Below are positions 50,402-62,329 of a stretch of DNA of 64,000 nt, one piece after another (position 1 is the stretch's first letter; every line of letters begins with the position of its first letter). The notes beneath the pieces were generated by a model. It did not search any database. It had not been told where the DNA came from and saw only the letters and a list, made by a program, of their open reading frames with translations. Where the stretch lies: positions 45,136,001 through 45,200,000 of the forward strand of contig NC_043012.1 of NCBI RefSeq assembly GCF_006345805.1, written 5' to 3'. The DNA comes from Octopus sinensis (taxonomy: Eukaryota). Made by a program: the position numbers and the translations under genes.

Positions 50402-51084
50402 CATATATATATTAGGTAGGTAGGCAGGTATACAGGCGACGTTAACTTCACGTGAAGAATAATTAGAGCGAAAGTTGTACTATTTTATAATGATATGTTA
50501 TTAGAGTTACTTATAATCATAGCAATGCGAAGATTTCTCCCGCAAGTCGTGGAGTCTCATGAAAATAGCTATTCTAATTGAAGCTGCAACGCTGTCATCG
50601 ATGGGGAATGGAAGAGTTAGAAGTAAACGAAGACTGTGAAAAATGGTGGTGGTCTTGGTGATTGGGTGGGGAATGAGTGATATAATGTTGGAGCAAAAGA
50701 ACAACAGATATGATCACAATATTATTATTATTATTATTGTTATTATTATTATTATTATTTATTATTATTATTATTATATTATTATTATTATATAGTGTTT
50801 TCTTTTATTGGCACAATATCATTAATAATAATAGCAGTAGAAATATTAGTAGTTGTAACGGTGGTGGTAAGAGTAGTCATAGTAGTAGTTGTAGTAGTAG
50901 TATTAATATTAGTATTAGTAGTAGTAATATTGTGAAGGGTATGGCACATTATCAACAAAAATGAGCAAAACACCCTGTCACCATAATAATACATAATAAT
51001 CATTGGAAGAGGAAAGCAATAGAATAGTATTAGAGTTTACGCCAATGCTTAATAACAAAGCAAACTCTACATTATTATCATGAG

Positions 51085-51174
51085 CAATAATAATAATAAT
51101 AATAATATAATAATAATAATAAAATAATAATAATAATAATAATAATAATGATGATAACATTAATAATAATAATA

Positions 51175-51216
<42 letters not shown>

Positions 51217-51545
51217 TGATGACATATAGATGCTCCTGGTAGTATTGCTGTTGCTGTAGTTGATGGTGATGATGATGATGATGATGATGATGATGGTGGT
51301 GATGGTGGTGGTGGTGGTGGTGGTGCTGCTGCTGGTTCAGCTGCTGGTAGCGGTGGTGGTGATGGTATGTTGGTGTTGGCGGTAGTGGTGATGCAGATGA
51401 AGATGATGATGATGTAGACGGTGATGAGGATGATGATGATGAGGATGATGAAGAGGAGGGGACGACGACGTTGATGATAATGTTAGTGATGATGATGACG
51501 TGGTGGAGGTGGAGGTGGAGGAGGAAGAGGAGAAGGACAATGAAT
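51085..51545. repeat. (AAT)n followed by a (GAT/GGT/GAG)n compound trinucleotide tract
   Basis: Directly visible. Confidence 0.9.
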
Positions 51546-52479
51546 ACGCTGATAGTTAAAAATACTCGAAAAGAAGAATTTCAATCGCAAACATTTTAGA
51601 GAACATAGTTAAGTAAGCAAAAAGGCGCCCCACTGCAACCATATCAAAGAATGTAATAATAATTAGAAAATATGCGTACATATACAAACTTATGTACATA
51701 AATACAAGCACTCTCTTCAACACAAACATGCAATAACACATATCGACTCTCAACGATATATAAAGAATAAAAATGTAACAAGTGATACATTTACTAAGTG
51801 ATTTCGAAACAACAAAAACCTATAACTAATTGAATATAACGAAAAATATCAAACATTCATCAACTTTGGAGAAGTAGACAACTTTTATGTCGAGTGAATA
51901 TTTTATTTTTGTTATTCCTTTCCATTTGCATCTTAAAATGTGCCATTGTGTAAACTGATCTCGTGAAAAACAAAATGTACTCCAATATTCTTTTGTTAAA
52001 TGGAACCTATTTATTCTAGATGTTTCCAGAATGAAACCAATCAAGAAAATTATCCTCGGGTTTTTCAAATTATGTTTCTTCATAATTTGCTATTGTTTCA
52101 TTGTAACTAACTGCATCATTATAATTCTTTCCATGATGAGCGTCGCTATATAGTGATACGTTTTTGGAGAATGAAGACTAACAGCCCGATTTTGACAAAT
52201 AGTTCGTATATCATTTGTACTTACGCCACTAAATTTGTTTAGAATGCTTTAAGCAACAAACTTTTTGTCCTCTTTGTTATGGTAATGCTATGGTAGTGAC
52301 ATCGATATCTCTCTTATGCCAGTTATGTTGAGAGTTGATATGTGTTCTCGCATGTGTGTTGAAGAGAGTGTGTGCCTATATACATACATTTGTATGTGTA
52401 TGCATTTCTTCCAGTTATTATTACATTCTTTGATATAGATGCAGTGGGGGACTTTTTGCTTACTTACAGCTAAGTATGA

Positions 52480-52537
<58 letters not shown>

Positions 52538-52723
52538 TTATATATATATATATATATAGTGACGTATTTTTGCCATTTCAATATGGCTAACCCCTAAGGG
52601 TGGATGCTACTGTAGTTTTTAGCCCCAGGAGGACACACTCCTCCAGCTGGCCATAGACAAACTTTCTGTGTCCTGTCAGTATTTGCAAAGGGAAGTCATC
52701 CTTTCCGTCTTCAACTTATGATA

Positions 52724-52768
52724 CACACGGACTCGAGTTTCGAGGTATTGACCTCTCGTCAGCGTGTG
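52724..52768 (-). ncRNA. Type-I hammerhead ribozyme, canonical core (inverted unit)
   Basis: CACACG-CTGACGA-GAGGT(CAAT)ACCTC-GAAA-CTCGAG-TC-CGTGTG. Confidence 0.88.
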
Positions 52769-53100
52769 ACAATCATAGTTGTCGCCGAGAATTAGATTTC
52801 CTTCACAAATACTTATACTTTTTCCAGCGCCCACTGTCGCTGATATTGAAAAAGTGAAATCAAACAATGATAAATATCAAAGTGAGTTATATACAGTAGC
52901 GGTATATACGTCACGATGTGTTACCGCTACTGTATATAACTGTATATAATACGTCACGATGTGTTACCGTTACTGTATATAACTCACTTTGATATTTATC
53001 ATTGTTTGATTTCACTTTTTCAATATCAGCGACAGTGGGCGCTGGAAAAAGTATAAGTATTTGTGAAGGAAATCTAATTCTCGGCGACAACTATGATTGT

Positions 53101-53145
53101 CACACGCTGACGAGAGGTCAATACCTCGAAACTCGAGTCCGTGTG
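53101..53145 (+). ncRNA. Type-I hammerhead ribozyme, canonical core; predicted GUC cleavage after 53139
   Basis: Stem I 6 bp, CUGACGA core, stem II 5 bp, GAAA, loop-less palindromic stem III. Confidence 0.9.
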
Positions 53146-53453
53146 TATCATAAGTTGAAGACGGGAAGGATGACTTCCCTTTGCAAATACTGACAGGACA
53201 CAGAAAGTGTGTCTATGGCCAGCTGGAGGAGTGTGTCCTCCTGGGGCTAAAAACTACAGTAGCATCCACCCTTAGGGGTTAGCCATATTGAAATGGCAAA
53301 AATACGTCACGATGTGTTACCGCTACTGTATATAACTCACTTTGATATTTATCATTGTTTGATTTCACTTTTTCAATATCAGCGACAGTGGGCGCTGGAA
53401 AAAGTATAAGTATTTGTGAAGGAAATCTAATTCTTGGCGACAACTATGATTGT

Positions 53454-53498
53454 CACACGCTGACGAGAGGTCAATACCTCGAAACTCGAGTCCGTGTG
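53454..53498 (+). ncRNA. Type-I hammerhead ribozyme, canonical core; predicted GUC cleavage after 53492
   Basis: Identical to 53101-53145, 353 bp downstream. Confidence 0.9.
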
Positions 53499-53706
53499 TA
53501 TCATAAGTTGAAGACGGGAAGGATGACTTCCCTTTGCAAATACTGACAGGACACAGAAAGTGTGTCTATGGCCAGCTGGAGGAGTGTGTCCTCCTGGGGC
53601 TAAAAACTACAGTAGCATCCACCCTTAGGGGTTAGCCATATTGAAATGGCAAAAATACGTCACGATGTGTTATCGCTACTGTATATAACTCACTTTGATA
53701 TTTATC

Positions 53707-53780
<74 letters not shown>

Positions 53781-53875
53781 TATATATATATATATATTCA
53801 CATTCAAAATGGCTGACGACTAGCATCACGATTGATACTCAAGAGTAATAACGAATTTGAGCCAAACTGTGTTGA

Positions 53876-53938
<63 letters not shown>

Positions 53939-54084
53939 GGTGTGTGTGTCTGTTGGTTTGTTTGTATGTATGTACGAATGTGTGTGTATGCGTGTGTGTG
54001 TGTATGCATGTCTTCCATCAACTATTGACAACCGACTTTGGTTTATTTACAGTCCACTAAATTAACCGTGCCGTTCAGCAAAAA

Positions 54085-54205
54085 AAAAAAACCTGGTAGA
54101 ATATTACCAAGCTAAGAAATAAGTATAAGGTCGTTTCGTTCGACTAAAATTCTTCAAGGCTGTGTCCCAGCACTGCTGTCTGCAGATTCAAACTTGTAAA
54201 AGAAG
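54085..54205 (+). mobile_element. Degenerate SINE family B tail
   Basis: ggtcgtttcgttcgactaaaattcttcaaggc...cccagca resembles the family B 3' region. Confidence 0.45.
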
Positions 54206-54337
54206 AAAAATAATCCATCTCTCTTTCACTAACTCTCTCTCTCTCCCTCTTTATATATATATATATATATATATATAAAGAGGGAGAGAGAGATATATAT
54301 ATATATCTATACAATATGTTACATTACTCGGTAGTCA

Positions 54338-54401
54338 AGATAAAACTCTGAGTTTCAGATGCCGAAGTGGAAATCCACAACACCATCTCTTCGGTTATCT
54401 G
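54338..54401 (-). ncRNA. Hammerhead-like motif in the inverted Penelope 3' copy
   Basis: Reverse complement of 55861-55924. Confidence 0.6.
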
Positions 54402-54568
54402 GCTATTTGAAAACGTTATGAAAAAATACCGTTAAAAATGAAGGGAAATTACTCTGTTATAACTCTGCTTTGCCTGCGTACTTATACATCGCTCGCATTT
54501 TTCGTCATAAAAATTATATAAAAATACATAAAAATATATAAAAATATATAAAAATATATAAAATCTTC

Positions 54569-55846
54569 TTGGGACATAACACAGAAAGCATGTTCTATCC
54601 GTTTTCTTTAGGGGACCAAAAACGTAACAGAAATTTAGTCACATGTGGGCATGATCCGAAAAGCTCTGTCCTTGTATTTAGATATGATGGGGCAGGCATC
54701 TGTGATCTAATTGGACTATTTCTCCTAGATACCTTCGGTAAGACATTCCCTAACGTACATTTCGCCATCTACAAAGATGATGCCCTCGCCTTAACAGCTA
54801 ATACAAATGGACCAGCACAAGATCGTTTTAGGAAGGATATTATCCAGTTAATGAAACACTTCGGACTTAGTATAACTATAGACACTAACCTGACGGTTGT
54901 CAATTTCTTAGACGTTTCCTTAGATCTTAATAATAATATTTATAAGCCTTATAGGAAGCCCAATGATAGACTAAGTTATATTAATGTAGGCTCATGCCAT
55001 CCCCCTATAGTATTCAAAAATTTAGTTAAAAATATTAGTAGGAGGATTTCTAGCCTCTCATCTAATGAGGACATCTTCAATAGCGTTGCCCCAGTTTATA
55101 ATAAAGCTTTAAAAGATAGTGGTTTTAGCGAAAAAATAAAATATACACCTATCACCAGCCCAACAGTAAGGAAAAGGAATAATAGAAATAGGAAGGTCAT
55201 CTGGTTTACGCCCCCTTACTCACCCGAGGTGGCCTTCAATATAGGTAAATATTTCCTAGCACTGATAGATAGACATTTTCCAGTTAACCATGCTTATAGG
55301 AAACTCTTCAATAGACACAATTTAAAAATTAGTTTTAGTTCAACTACCAATTTTAAAAACATAATCAATCATAACATACAAAAAACACAAGAAGAAAACA
55401 GCTGTTCATGCAGGAATAAAGAATTGTGCCCGCTAAATGGAGCTTGCATGTCCAAGACCATCATATATGAAGCTACCGTAAACTCTATAACCACTAAAGA
55501 CACCGTTTCGACGAATAAATACGTGGGCCTGATAGAGGGTAATTTCAAGGCCAGGTTCAATAACCACACTTTGAGCTTTAGGCACTGGAACAAAAGAAAA
55601 GCGACACAATTATCCAATCATATTTGGTCTTTAAGAGATAAAGGTGTCGATTATAACATACAATGGAAGATTTTGGCCAGATGTAAGCCCTACACTAACG
55701 GCAGCGGAAGGTGCGGTTTATGCGACATGGAGAGATGGCTTATCTGGAAAAGCAGCTTAGACCCTACCACATATCTAAATACAAGGACAGAGCTTTTCGG
55801 ATCATGCCCACATGTGACTAAATTTCTGTTACGTATTTTTTCATAA
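54569..55846 (+). CDS. Penelope-like RT (truncated; genuine sequence starts at YDGAG, about 54683), thumb, Cys-rich linker and GIY-YIG endonuclease; Neptune-like
   Basis: YDGAGICDLIGL, IYKDDAL, FLDVSL, YRKP...YINVGSCHPP, WFTPPY, CSCRNKELCPLNGAC, IIYEA...KYVG...FKARFNNH, CGLC..E, LNTRTELFGSCPH. Confidence 0.9.
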   Translation: MGHNTESMFYPFSLGDQKRNRNLVTCGHDPKSSVLVFRYDGAGICDLIGLFLLDTFGKTFPNVHFAIYKDDALALTANTNGPAQDRFRKDIIQLMKHFGLSITIDTNLTVVNFLDVSLDLNNNIYKPYRKPNDRLSYINVGSCHPPIVFKNLVKNISRRISSLSSNEDIFNSVAPVYNKALKDSGFSEKIKYTPITSPTVRKRNNRNRKVIWFTPPYSPEVAFNIGKYFLALIDRHFPVNHAYRKLFNRHNLKISFSSTTNFKNIINHNIQKTQEENSCSCRNKELCPLNGACMSKTIIYEATVNSITTKDTVSTNKYVGLIEGNFKARFNNHTLSFRHWNKRKATQLSNHIWSLRDKGVDYNIQWKILARCKPYTNGSGRCGLCDMERWLIWKSSLDPTTYLNTRTELFGSCPHVTKFLLRIFS

Positions 55847-55860
55847 CGTTTTTAAATAGC

Positions 55861-55924
55861 CAGATAACCGAAGAGATGGTGTTGTGGATTTCCACTTCGG
55901 CATCTGAAACTCAGAGTTTTATCT
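55861..55924 (+). ncRNA. Type-I hammerhead-like motif in the Penelope 3' UTR/pLTR
   Basis: CAGATAA-CCGAAGA-GATG(extended hairpin)CATC-T-GAAA-CTC(A)GAG-TT-TTATCT; U4->C and an extra U before GAAA. Confidence 0.6.
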
Positions 55925-56026
55925 TGACTACCGAGTAATGTAACATATTGTATAGATAAATTTCCTCTATTTACATAATATTGAGGTCTCTTTCTTTCTT
56001 TTGTTATCTTACCGTTTTATCAATAT

Positions 56027-56091
<65 letters not shown>

Positions 56092-58089
56092 TAATTATGA
56101 ACTATAGTCAGCTCGATATATATATAAGCAAAATCGAATACGTGTACACAAGGTGCGTGTTGTGAGTTCGTTTGAGCCGTAAGAGAATATATTCTCAAAG
56201 CGCCTGGTGTTAAAAGCATCTGAAAGTAAGTCATAGGCAAGCGAAACAACGTTCACTAGGTAATTTTCCGGAGTGACAGACATCGATGTTTCGCCGTTGC
56301 TGTGAATTTTTAATGCCGCGTATCGAAGAAGGCTTACTGCAAACCATATCGCCGACTATGATTATATGCTAAATTCTGTAAAGACCATCTACTGGCATAT
56401 CCCAAACATTCCGTGCCACGGAAAAAATTCAAATATGAATTAGAAGCGGTTCGAGGTATATAAACATAACCGGATACACAAACAGAAGGTTTGTGTGTGT
56501 GTTATGAGTTCTTGGATCGGTTGCATTTTAGGCGTAAAGTAATAAATTCCTAAAGCGACAAGTGTTAAGAATACTTGAAAGTAAGTCATAGACATATATA
56601 TTTTTTATCTATGTATTTATATATGTATATATATATATGAATATGTATGTACATGTATGATATATATTATTTATATTATTATTTAATTGAACGCCACGCA
56701 TCCATTTCATAGTAAGTTTATCTTATCATTTTTGATGCTATTCTACTGTACTGTTTTCTTCCTCCATCCTTGTCTAATTCCCTTTTCTCCGCTCCTCCCT
56801 TCACCGATTTCTATATTTCTCTCTCTCCCCTCTTTCTCTTTTTCTCTCTCTCGTTGTTCACACGTGACCATCGTCCATCTTTCTTTTCCTCATGTGACCA
56901 TCTTTCCTTTCCTGCACGTACGTGTATATATACATGCGCATACACACGCCCCCCCCACACTTTGAATGTGTATGTTTATTTATGCATGTAATTGTATGCG
57001 AAATCCATAAGCTAATAAAGAAATCTCAATTGAAAATTGAACGAATACAAGCTAGCTTCATCTCCCGCCTTATAAACAACAGAATGTTGTCTTTATGACA
57101 ATTTAACAATTCTACTTTTACTCATATATCTGACTTCACTGGGAACGTTTCCTGGATATAATCCTCCGAATAATAGAATGTTTATATTTCTGCCAAAATG
57201 ACTATGCGACACATTTGTAGTCGGGGGTATTACATGCGTTGTTCATAAAAGAGAAATACGGGTGGCGTGTATAAACATAGAAAAGCCATAACTTGTTCAT
57301 GTCAGTGCTGAGTTGATTCTTAAACAAGAGCAGACTTCTATGCATAATAGTATTAAGTCAAGGCTATAACTCATTGTCTAATTAATTGCTCAGCTCATCA
57401 AACAACTGAAATGCTCTTGTAGGATCTATTATTCATTTTAATGATTAATACGAAGAACAGTAACACTTCCTATTACTACGTTTCTATAAAATTGAGATAG
57501 AATTAATCATTAACTATGGATGGGATGGTTATTATTGATTAGACATATTCAGGAAGAAGATTGACAAATTTCAGGAAATACTTATTTTACACCCGTATAC
57601 ATAAATACATACATACATACATACATGCATACATACATACATACATACATACATGCATGCATACATACACACTCCTGTCCCAAACACGCACCCAAATATT
57701 TGTAAAAATAAAACTATTAAGAATCTCAGGACCTTGATTATAAATTTCAGGCCAAAATGTGATTTTTTAATAAAAGTTTATACAAAGACAGTCGAGTCGA
57801 TGAAGTTGTCAACCTATATTTGTAAAAACTGATTTGTGTATAAATTTATGTGTGTGTGTGTGTGTTTGTGTGTATGTGTGTGTAAGATCAGAGTTTCTGT
57901 CTAATTTTATACCTTCTTCTGTATCCATAAACCTTTTATACATCCTTAAACCTGGGTTTTATATCCACCAACGTATTACAGAATATTCAACTTCATTGTA
58001 CTCCATTTATTATATCCTATATTGTTTTATTTTATTTCATTTTCTTCCCTCTACCTCCTGTTATTTTATCCTGTTTTATCTTATGTTAA

Positions 58090-58790
58090 CTGGGAAGAGG
58101 AGTTAACTAAGAGAATTTCCAATCATTATTCTTCATTTAGGGATAGCAGTAAATGCAATTGCACAGGGCTTAGTAAATTGGTTTGGTATCTTAAAGACAA
58201 CAATAAGGATTTTAAGTTAGATTGGTTCATCCTCTATTTCTTTCCCTTATGACAAGAGCAAAGGAATTTGTAACATTTGCAACTCTGAACTCTTCCATAT
58301 TCTTTTCTCTAAGAATCACCTTGTTATCACACTTATAGAGCGATCTTACAAATGTAAACACTGGCAGAAACATACCTTTAGATCATATAAGTGATTTTAG
58401 CAGTCTGTATACTTTGAACATTTAGTTCACCTTGCACTTTACTTCAATAGAGAAATCTACTTCGAAAATTTTTTCAACCAACATATCCCTCTATATATCT
58501 CCTTTATTTGTTCTCTACTCATTATTTCTTTAACCCTACTCTTCCTGTTGTCTACCTTTGACGTCAGATCTACTAACGGCTATTTTAAAAATACTTAATA
58601 GCGTTCTGTTTATCATTTATGCAGTCATCAAAATTGTTATAATGTCTTGTTGTTGAGATGGGTTCTCTTTCTTTTCTGATGGGAAGGTTATTTTACACCA
58701 TTTATTCCTTTGGAATAAAACCAATATTGTCTTCGAAACATATGTCGAAAGTAAAAGAATTTGAATAATATCTGCGTTCAACTCCATTTA
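58090..58790 (+). mobile_element. Second, older Penelope-like remnant: GIY-YIG C-terminus, 3' UTR and hammerhead
   Basis: KRISNHYSSFRDSSK...LSKLVWYLKD...W / PYDKSKGICNICNSE...CKH aligns by eye with 55540-55830. Confidence 0.7.
58671..58751 (+). ncRNA. Hammerhead-like motif with a long loop II
   Basis: CTTTT-CTGATGG-GAAG(...)CTTC-GAAA-CATATG-TC-GAAAG; A9->G. Confidence 0.55.
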
Positions 58791-58799
58791 TTTACTTAT

Positions 58800-58888
<89 letters not shown>

Positions 58889-58891
<3 letters not shown>

Positions 58892-59225
58892 CGGGAATGT
58901 ACTCGCATAGCAAGTAATTTGATCTGAGATCGTGTGCTGAAACGAAAACAATTGCAGCGTGGAAGGTGTTTATAAGCCATTTAAGAAACACACAAAAGCC
59001 GTTCGATTCACTTCAACATTTAAGTTTAATTTGTCAAAATATTTTCGTCGCTAAAATCCGCGACCTGTTCACTGACAAAAATCCGTGCTGCACGGATTTT
59101 TGTCAATGAACAAGTCGCGGATTTTAGCGACGAAAATATTTTGACAAATTAAACTTAAATGTTGAAGTGAATCGAACGGCTTTTGTGTGTTTCTTAAATG
59201 GCTTATAAACACCTTCCACGCTGCA

Positions 59226-59230
<5 letters not shown>
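58889..59230. mobile_element. Second copy of the palindromic G3-C8 hammerhead element, inside (TA)n
   Basis: Same endpoints as 43990-44330; palindrome 58948-59230; hammerhead motifs at 59030-59079 (minus) and 59099-59148 (plus, G3->A). Confidence 0.88.
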
Positions 59231-59313
<83 letters not shown>

Positions 59314-59429
59314 ATATATATACATATATATATTATATATGTATTTATATGTTGATATATATATATGTATACATATGTGTATTATATATACATATATATA
59401 TCGTATGTATATATTCTTTTCCTCTTTTA

Positions 59430-59610
59430 ATTGGCTCAGTCAGTTGACTGCGGCCATGCTGGGCATCAGCGTTAGTCAAACAAATCTATGCCAGGACTGA
59501 TTCTTTGTAAGCCTTGTTCTTATTTTATCGGTCTTTTCTCTCTAACCGCTAAGACGTAAACATCGGCGTCGTTTATCAAGCGATAGGGGTACAAACGTAG
59601 ACACACAAAT
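59430..59610 (-). mobile_element. SINE family B, 3' half
   Basis: cagtcagttgactgcggccatgctggg...gattctttgtaagcct...cgctaagacgtaaaca. Confidence 0.7.
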
Positions 59611-60019
59611 ACGTTCATATATATATAGAGAGGGAGAGATGATATACATCTATGATATAAGATATATATATAGGTAATGAAAAATCAAAGAGGTGAATTC
59701 TTTTCATGAAAGAACACTGTGAGCTGGTATGTGCGTACATTAGACGCGTGTGTGCCTGCATGCGAGTATGTGCGTGTTTTACTCTTATTGCTTATTTTTT
59801 ACAACTTGTTTACACATTTTTCTGCATTTTGCTTTTAGCCCTGTTTTTTTCTTGTGCATGTGCGTATATAGACGTGTGCATGAATATTACTTGCGCGCGC
59901 GAGCGAGTATACGGCTAATGTATTTTTTGGCGAATGTGTGGGTGAGCATGTGTGTGTTTCAAGTGAGGGTGGATGAATATATACATATAGGCGCATGTAC
60001 GTGGGGGCGATTACTATGA

Positions 60020-60225
60020 ACATTTTTACTCCCTTACCTTTACTCCCTCCCCTCACTTAGCGGTCATTCTAATAGCTCTTTTGTCTTAATAACGGTTAAT
60101 CACACAGTAATTACTCTTTGTTTTTGAAGAGATGCCGACATGGGTTTCCGCCCCGACATCCGAAACTCAGAGTGTTCTCATGGCTACTGAATAATTGTTA
60201 CATATTATATTTACAGAAATATATA
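60020..60225 (+). mobile_element. Diverged Penelope pLTR remnant related to 55861-55960, with a defective hammerhead at 60124-60178
   Basis: TTGAAGA-GATG...CATC-C-GAAA-CTCAGAG-TG followed by gctactgaataattgttacatatt. Confidence 0.55.
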
Positions 60226-61321
60226 TGTATGCATGTATATAAATAAATATCCTATGTTGAATTTGCATCATCGTTTCGTTTATAAAAATATAACTATAAA
60301 GAACTTCAGTACCTTGATTATAAATTTTTCTGAAGTAACAGCAAGATGAAAACCTGAGATTTAACACCAAATACTGAGTGTTTGTATGTAAGATTGAGAT
60401 AAACCCAAATGATTCAGTAGATGCCAGTCATGGGTGATCTAGAGATTAAATTTTACTTTAATTTTCCCTTGCGGTGATTAATTTTAAACTATTACAATCT
60501 AAGACTTAATTCCAGCTAGATTGATCTTGACTATTATCTTTGACAGGTTGACAAATAAGTATTTTTCCTGGAAAATCGTATTTCGAGATACTAAATAGTT
60601 TTGCAATTTAAACTTTAAATATAACTTTTCTTAGAATACGCGAATGTCTCTATACATTTTTGGAAGACATACGTATTATCTACACTACTAATTTTACCTG
60701 GAGATGCATGCATTTCTCTTTGTAATTTAATTTTTCCTTGCTGTTGAAATGGTCATTTCTTTTTAATTTAGTTTTGATATAAAGGTTATGGCAAGACCCT
60801 TCGTAAGTAGATGCTCTGCAGATGCTTCAGTGGTACATCTGTCACCAAATGTCACACTAATTTCAATCCGTCCTAAATAGTTATATAATATGAGCCTACA
60901 AAATATTACCAGAGTAGGGAAACATTTTACTTCAAAGGTATTTTATGCTCAACGAGACACCCTTCATTAGTGAGGATACCTGAAGGCACAAAATGCCTGT
61001 CTCAAAGTTTCATACGTGTTACGATTATATTAACGTAGGTCTGTTGTCCTATCTGAGACGATAAACAGTATATAATGTTAATCTCTAGCATTTGAGCTAA
61101 ACGCCAGTCTTCATTCTTGATTGTGTCGTGTCTTATCTTATCGTTTACGTTCTTGGAAATTTCAATATCAATAATAATAATGGTGTTGGACGAATTAGAA
61201 AAATTATAAATAAACTATATGTTTCATTTCCATTATCGAGAAAGTAAAGTTATCTTACATAATCTCTTCTCTACTGAGATCCAATAGATATTAAGGGTTT
61301 CTATGTTTAAATATGCTTCAT

Positions 61322-61722
61322 AGGTGCAGGAGTGGTTGTGTTGTAAGTAGCTTGCTTACCAACCACATGGTTCCGGGTTCAGTCCCACTGTGTGGCACCT
61401 TGGGCAAGTGTCTTCTACTATAGCCTTGGGCCGACCAAAGCCTTGTGAGTGGATTTAGCAGACGGAAACTGAAAGAAACCCGTCGTATATATGTATATGT
61501 ATATATCTGTGTGTGTGTTTGTGTGTCTGTGTTTACCCCCCCCCCCAACGTCGCTTGAAAACCGATGTTGGTTTGTTTGTTTCCCGTAACTTAGAGGTTC
61601 GGCAAACAACGACCGATAGCATAAGTACTATGCTTACAAAGAATAAGTTCTAGGGTCGATTTCCTCGACTAAAGGCGGTGCTCCATCATGACCTCAGTCA
61701 AATGACTGAAACAAGTAAAAGA
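61322..61722 (+). mobile_element. Full-length tRNA-headed SINE family B with a CORE-like domain
   Basis: B box ggttcagtcc, CORE-like ccttgggcaagtg, internal (TG)n, tail atgactgaaacaagtaaaagag. Confidence 0.88.
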
Positions 61723-62329
61723 GAAAATATGTTTCGCAACATTCTACAAAATGCGTCTTATGTGTGTTTTTTCTATGAAAGAGGTTCAGTCTTTAGTTCT
61801 CGACATAAAAACGAATGATATAAAATGTTAGATGATTTAGTGTGCAAATGAAAATGTTAGAATTTTGTACTGTAATGACAAAAGAAGCGAAAAACAAAAC
61901 ATAAAAAAGACGAAGAAAATAGACCAAAAACCCCGAGTAAATGACTTATTATAACTAGAACAAGAAATGGTGTAATGGTATTTGCTGCATTGATTTAAAA
62001 ACATCAATTCGTCGATTTATATTCACATTAGAAATACATCTAGGGCAGGAGTTTGCATAATCTGTCACTTCAAATCAAGTTCTGCTAAATTGATCAAATT
62101 AAATTATTTAACCAATGATTTTCATTTTCTGAAAGCTTGTTTAATATAATTATTCTTCTTAGCATATTTCTGATTTCATTTAAAATACGTGTGGACTATT
62201 CCGCTGAAATAGTTTTTGCAAATTGAGACTGAAATTATGGAATTGTTAGATATTCGGTATCGACTAACCTTCTTCCTTCAAAATCGTTGGCCTTGTGCCT
62301 AAATCAATGGCCATTAATAGAAAAAATCT

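Larger units (their letters stand above)
52559..53709. mobile_element. Retrozyme-like / Penelope-pLTR-like array: one inverted 353-bp unit, two tandem units and a partial unit, inside (TA)n
   Basis: Minus unit 52559-52904; plus units 52950-53302 and 53303-53655; partial unit 53656-53709; only a few substitutions between units. Confidence 0.9.
54304..56022 (+). mobile_element. 5'-truncated Penelope-like retroelement with an inverted 3'-end copy at its 5' junction, inside (TA)n
   Basis: The minus copy 54304-54686 matches plus 55770-55833 and 55832-55958; the main copy runs 54683-56022. Confidence 0.92.

Noticed and set aside
53002-53193. 63-aa ORF repeated in each 353-bp unit with a Walker-A-like ATVGAGKS
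   Set aside because: TTG start, very short, and the motif is common by chance; the downstream codons are explained by the hammerhead sequence. It would need ribosome-profiling or dN/dS evidence.
54569-54682. Apparent N-terminus of the 425-aa Penelope ORF
   Set aside because: It is the antisense of the inverted 3' copy fused in frame by chance; true RT sequence begins at about 54683.
56140-56600. Degenerate ~90-bp direct repeat (56150-56240 versus 56510-56595)
   Set aside because: Low identity, no TSD or terminal motifs; not interpretable.
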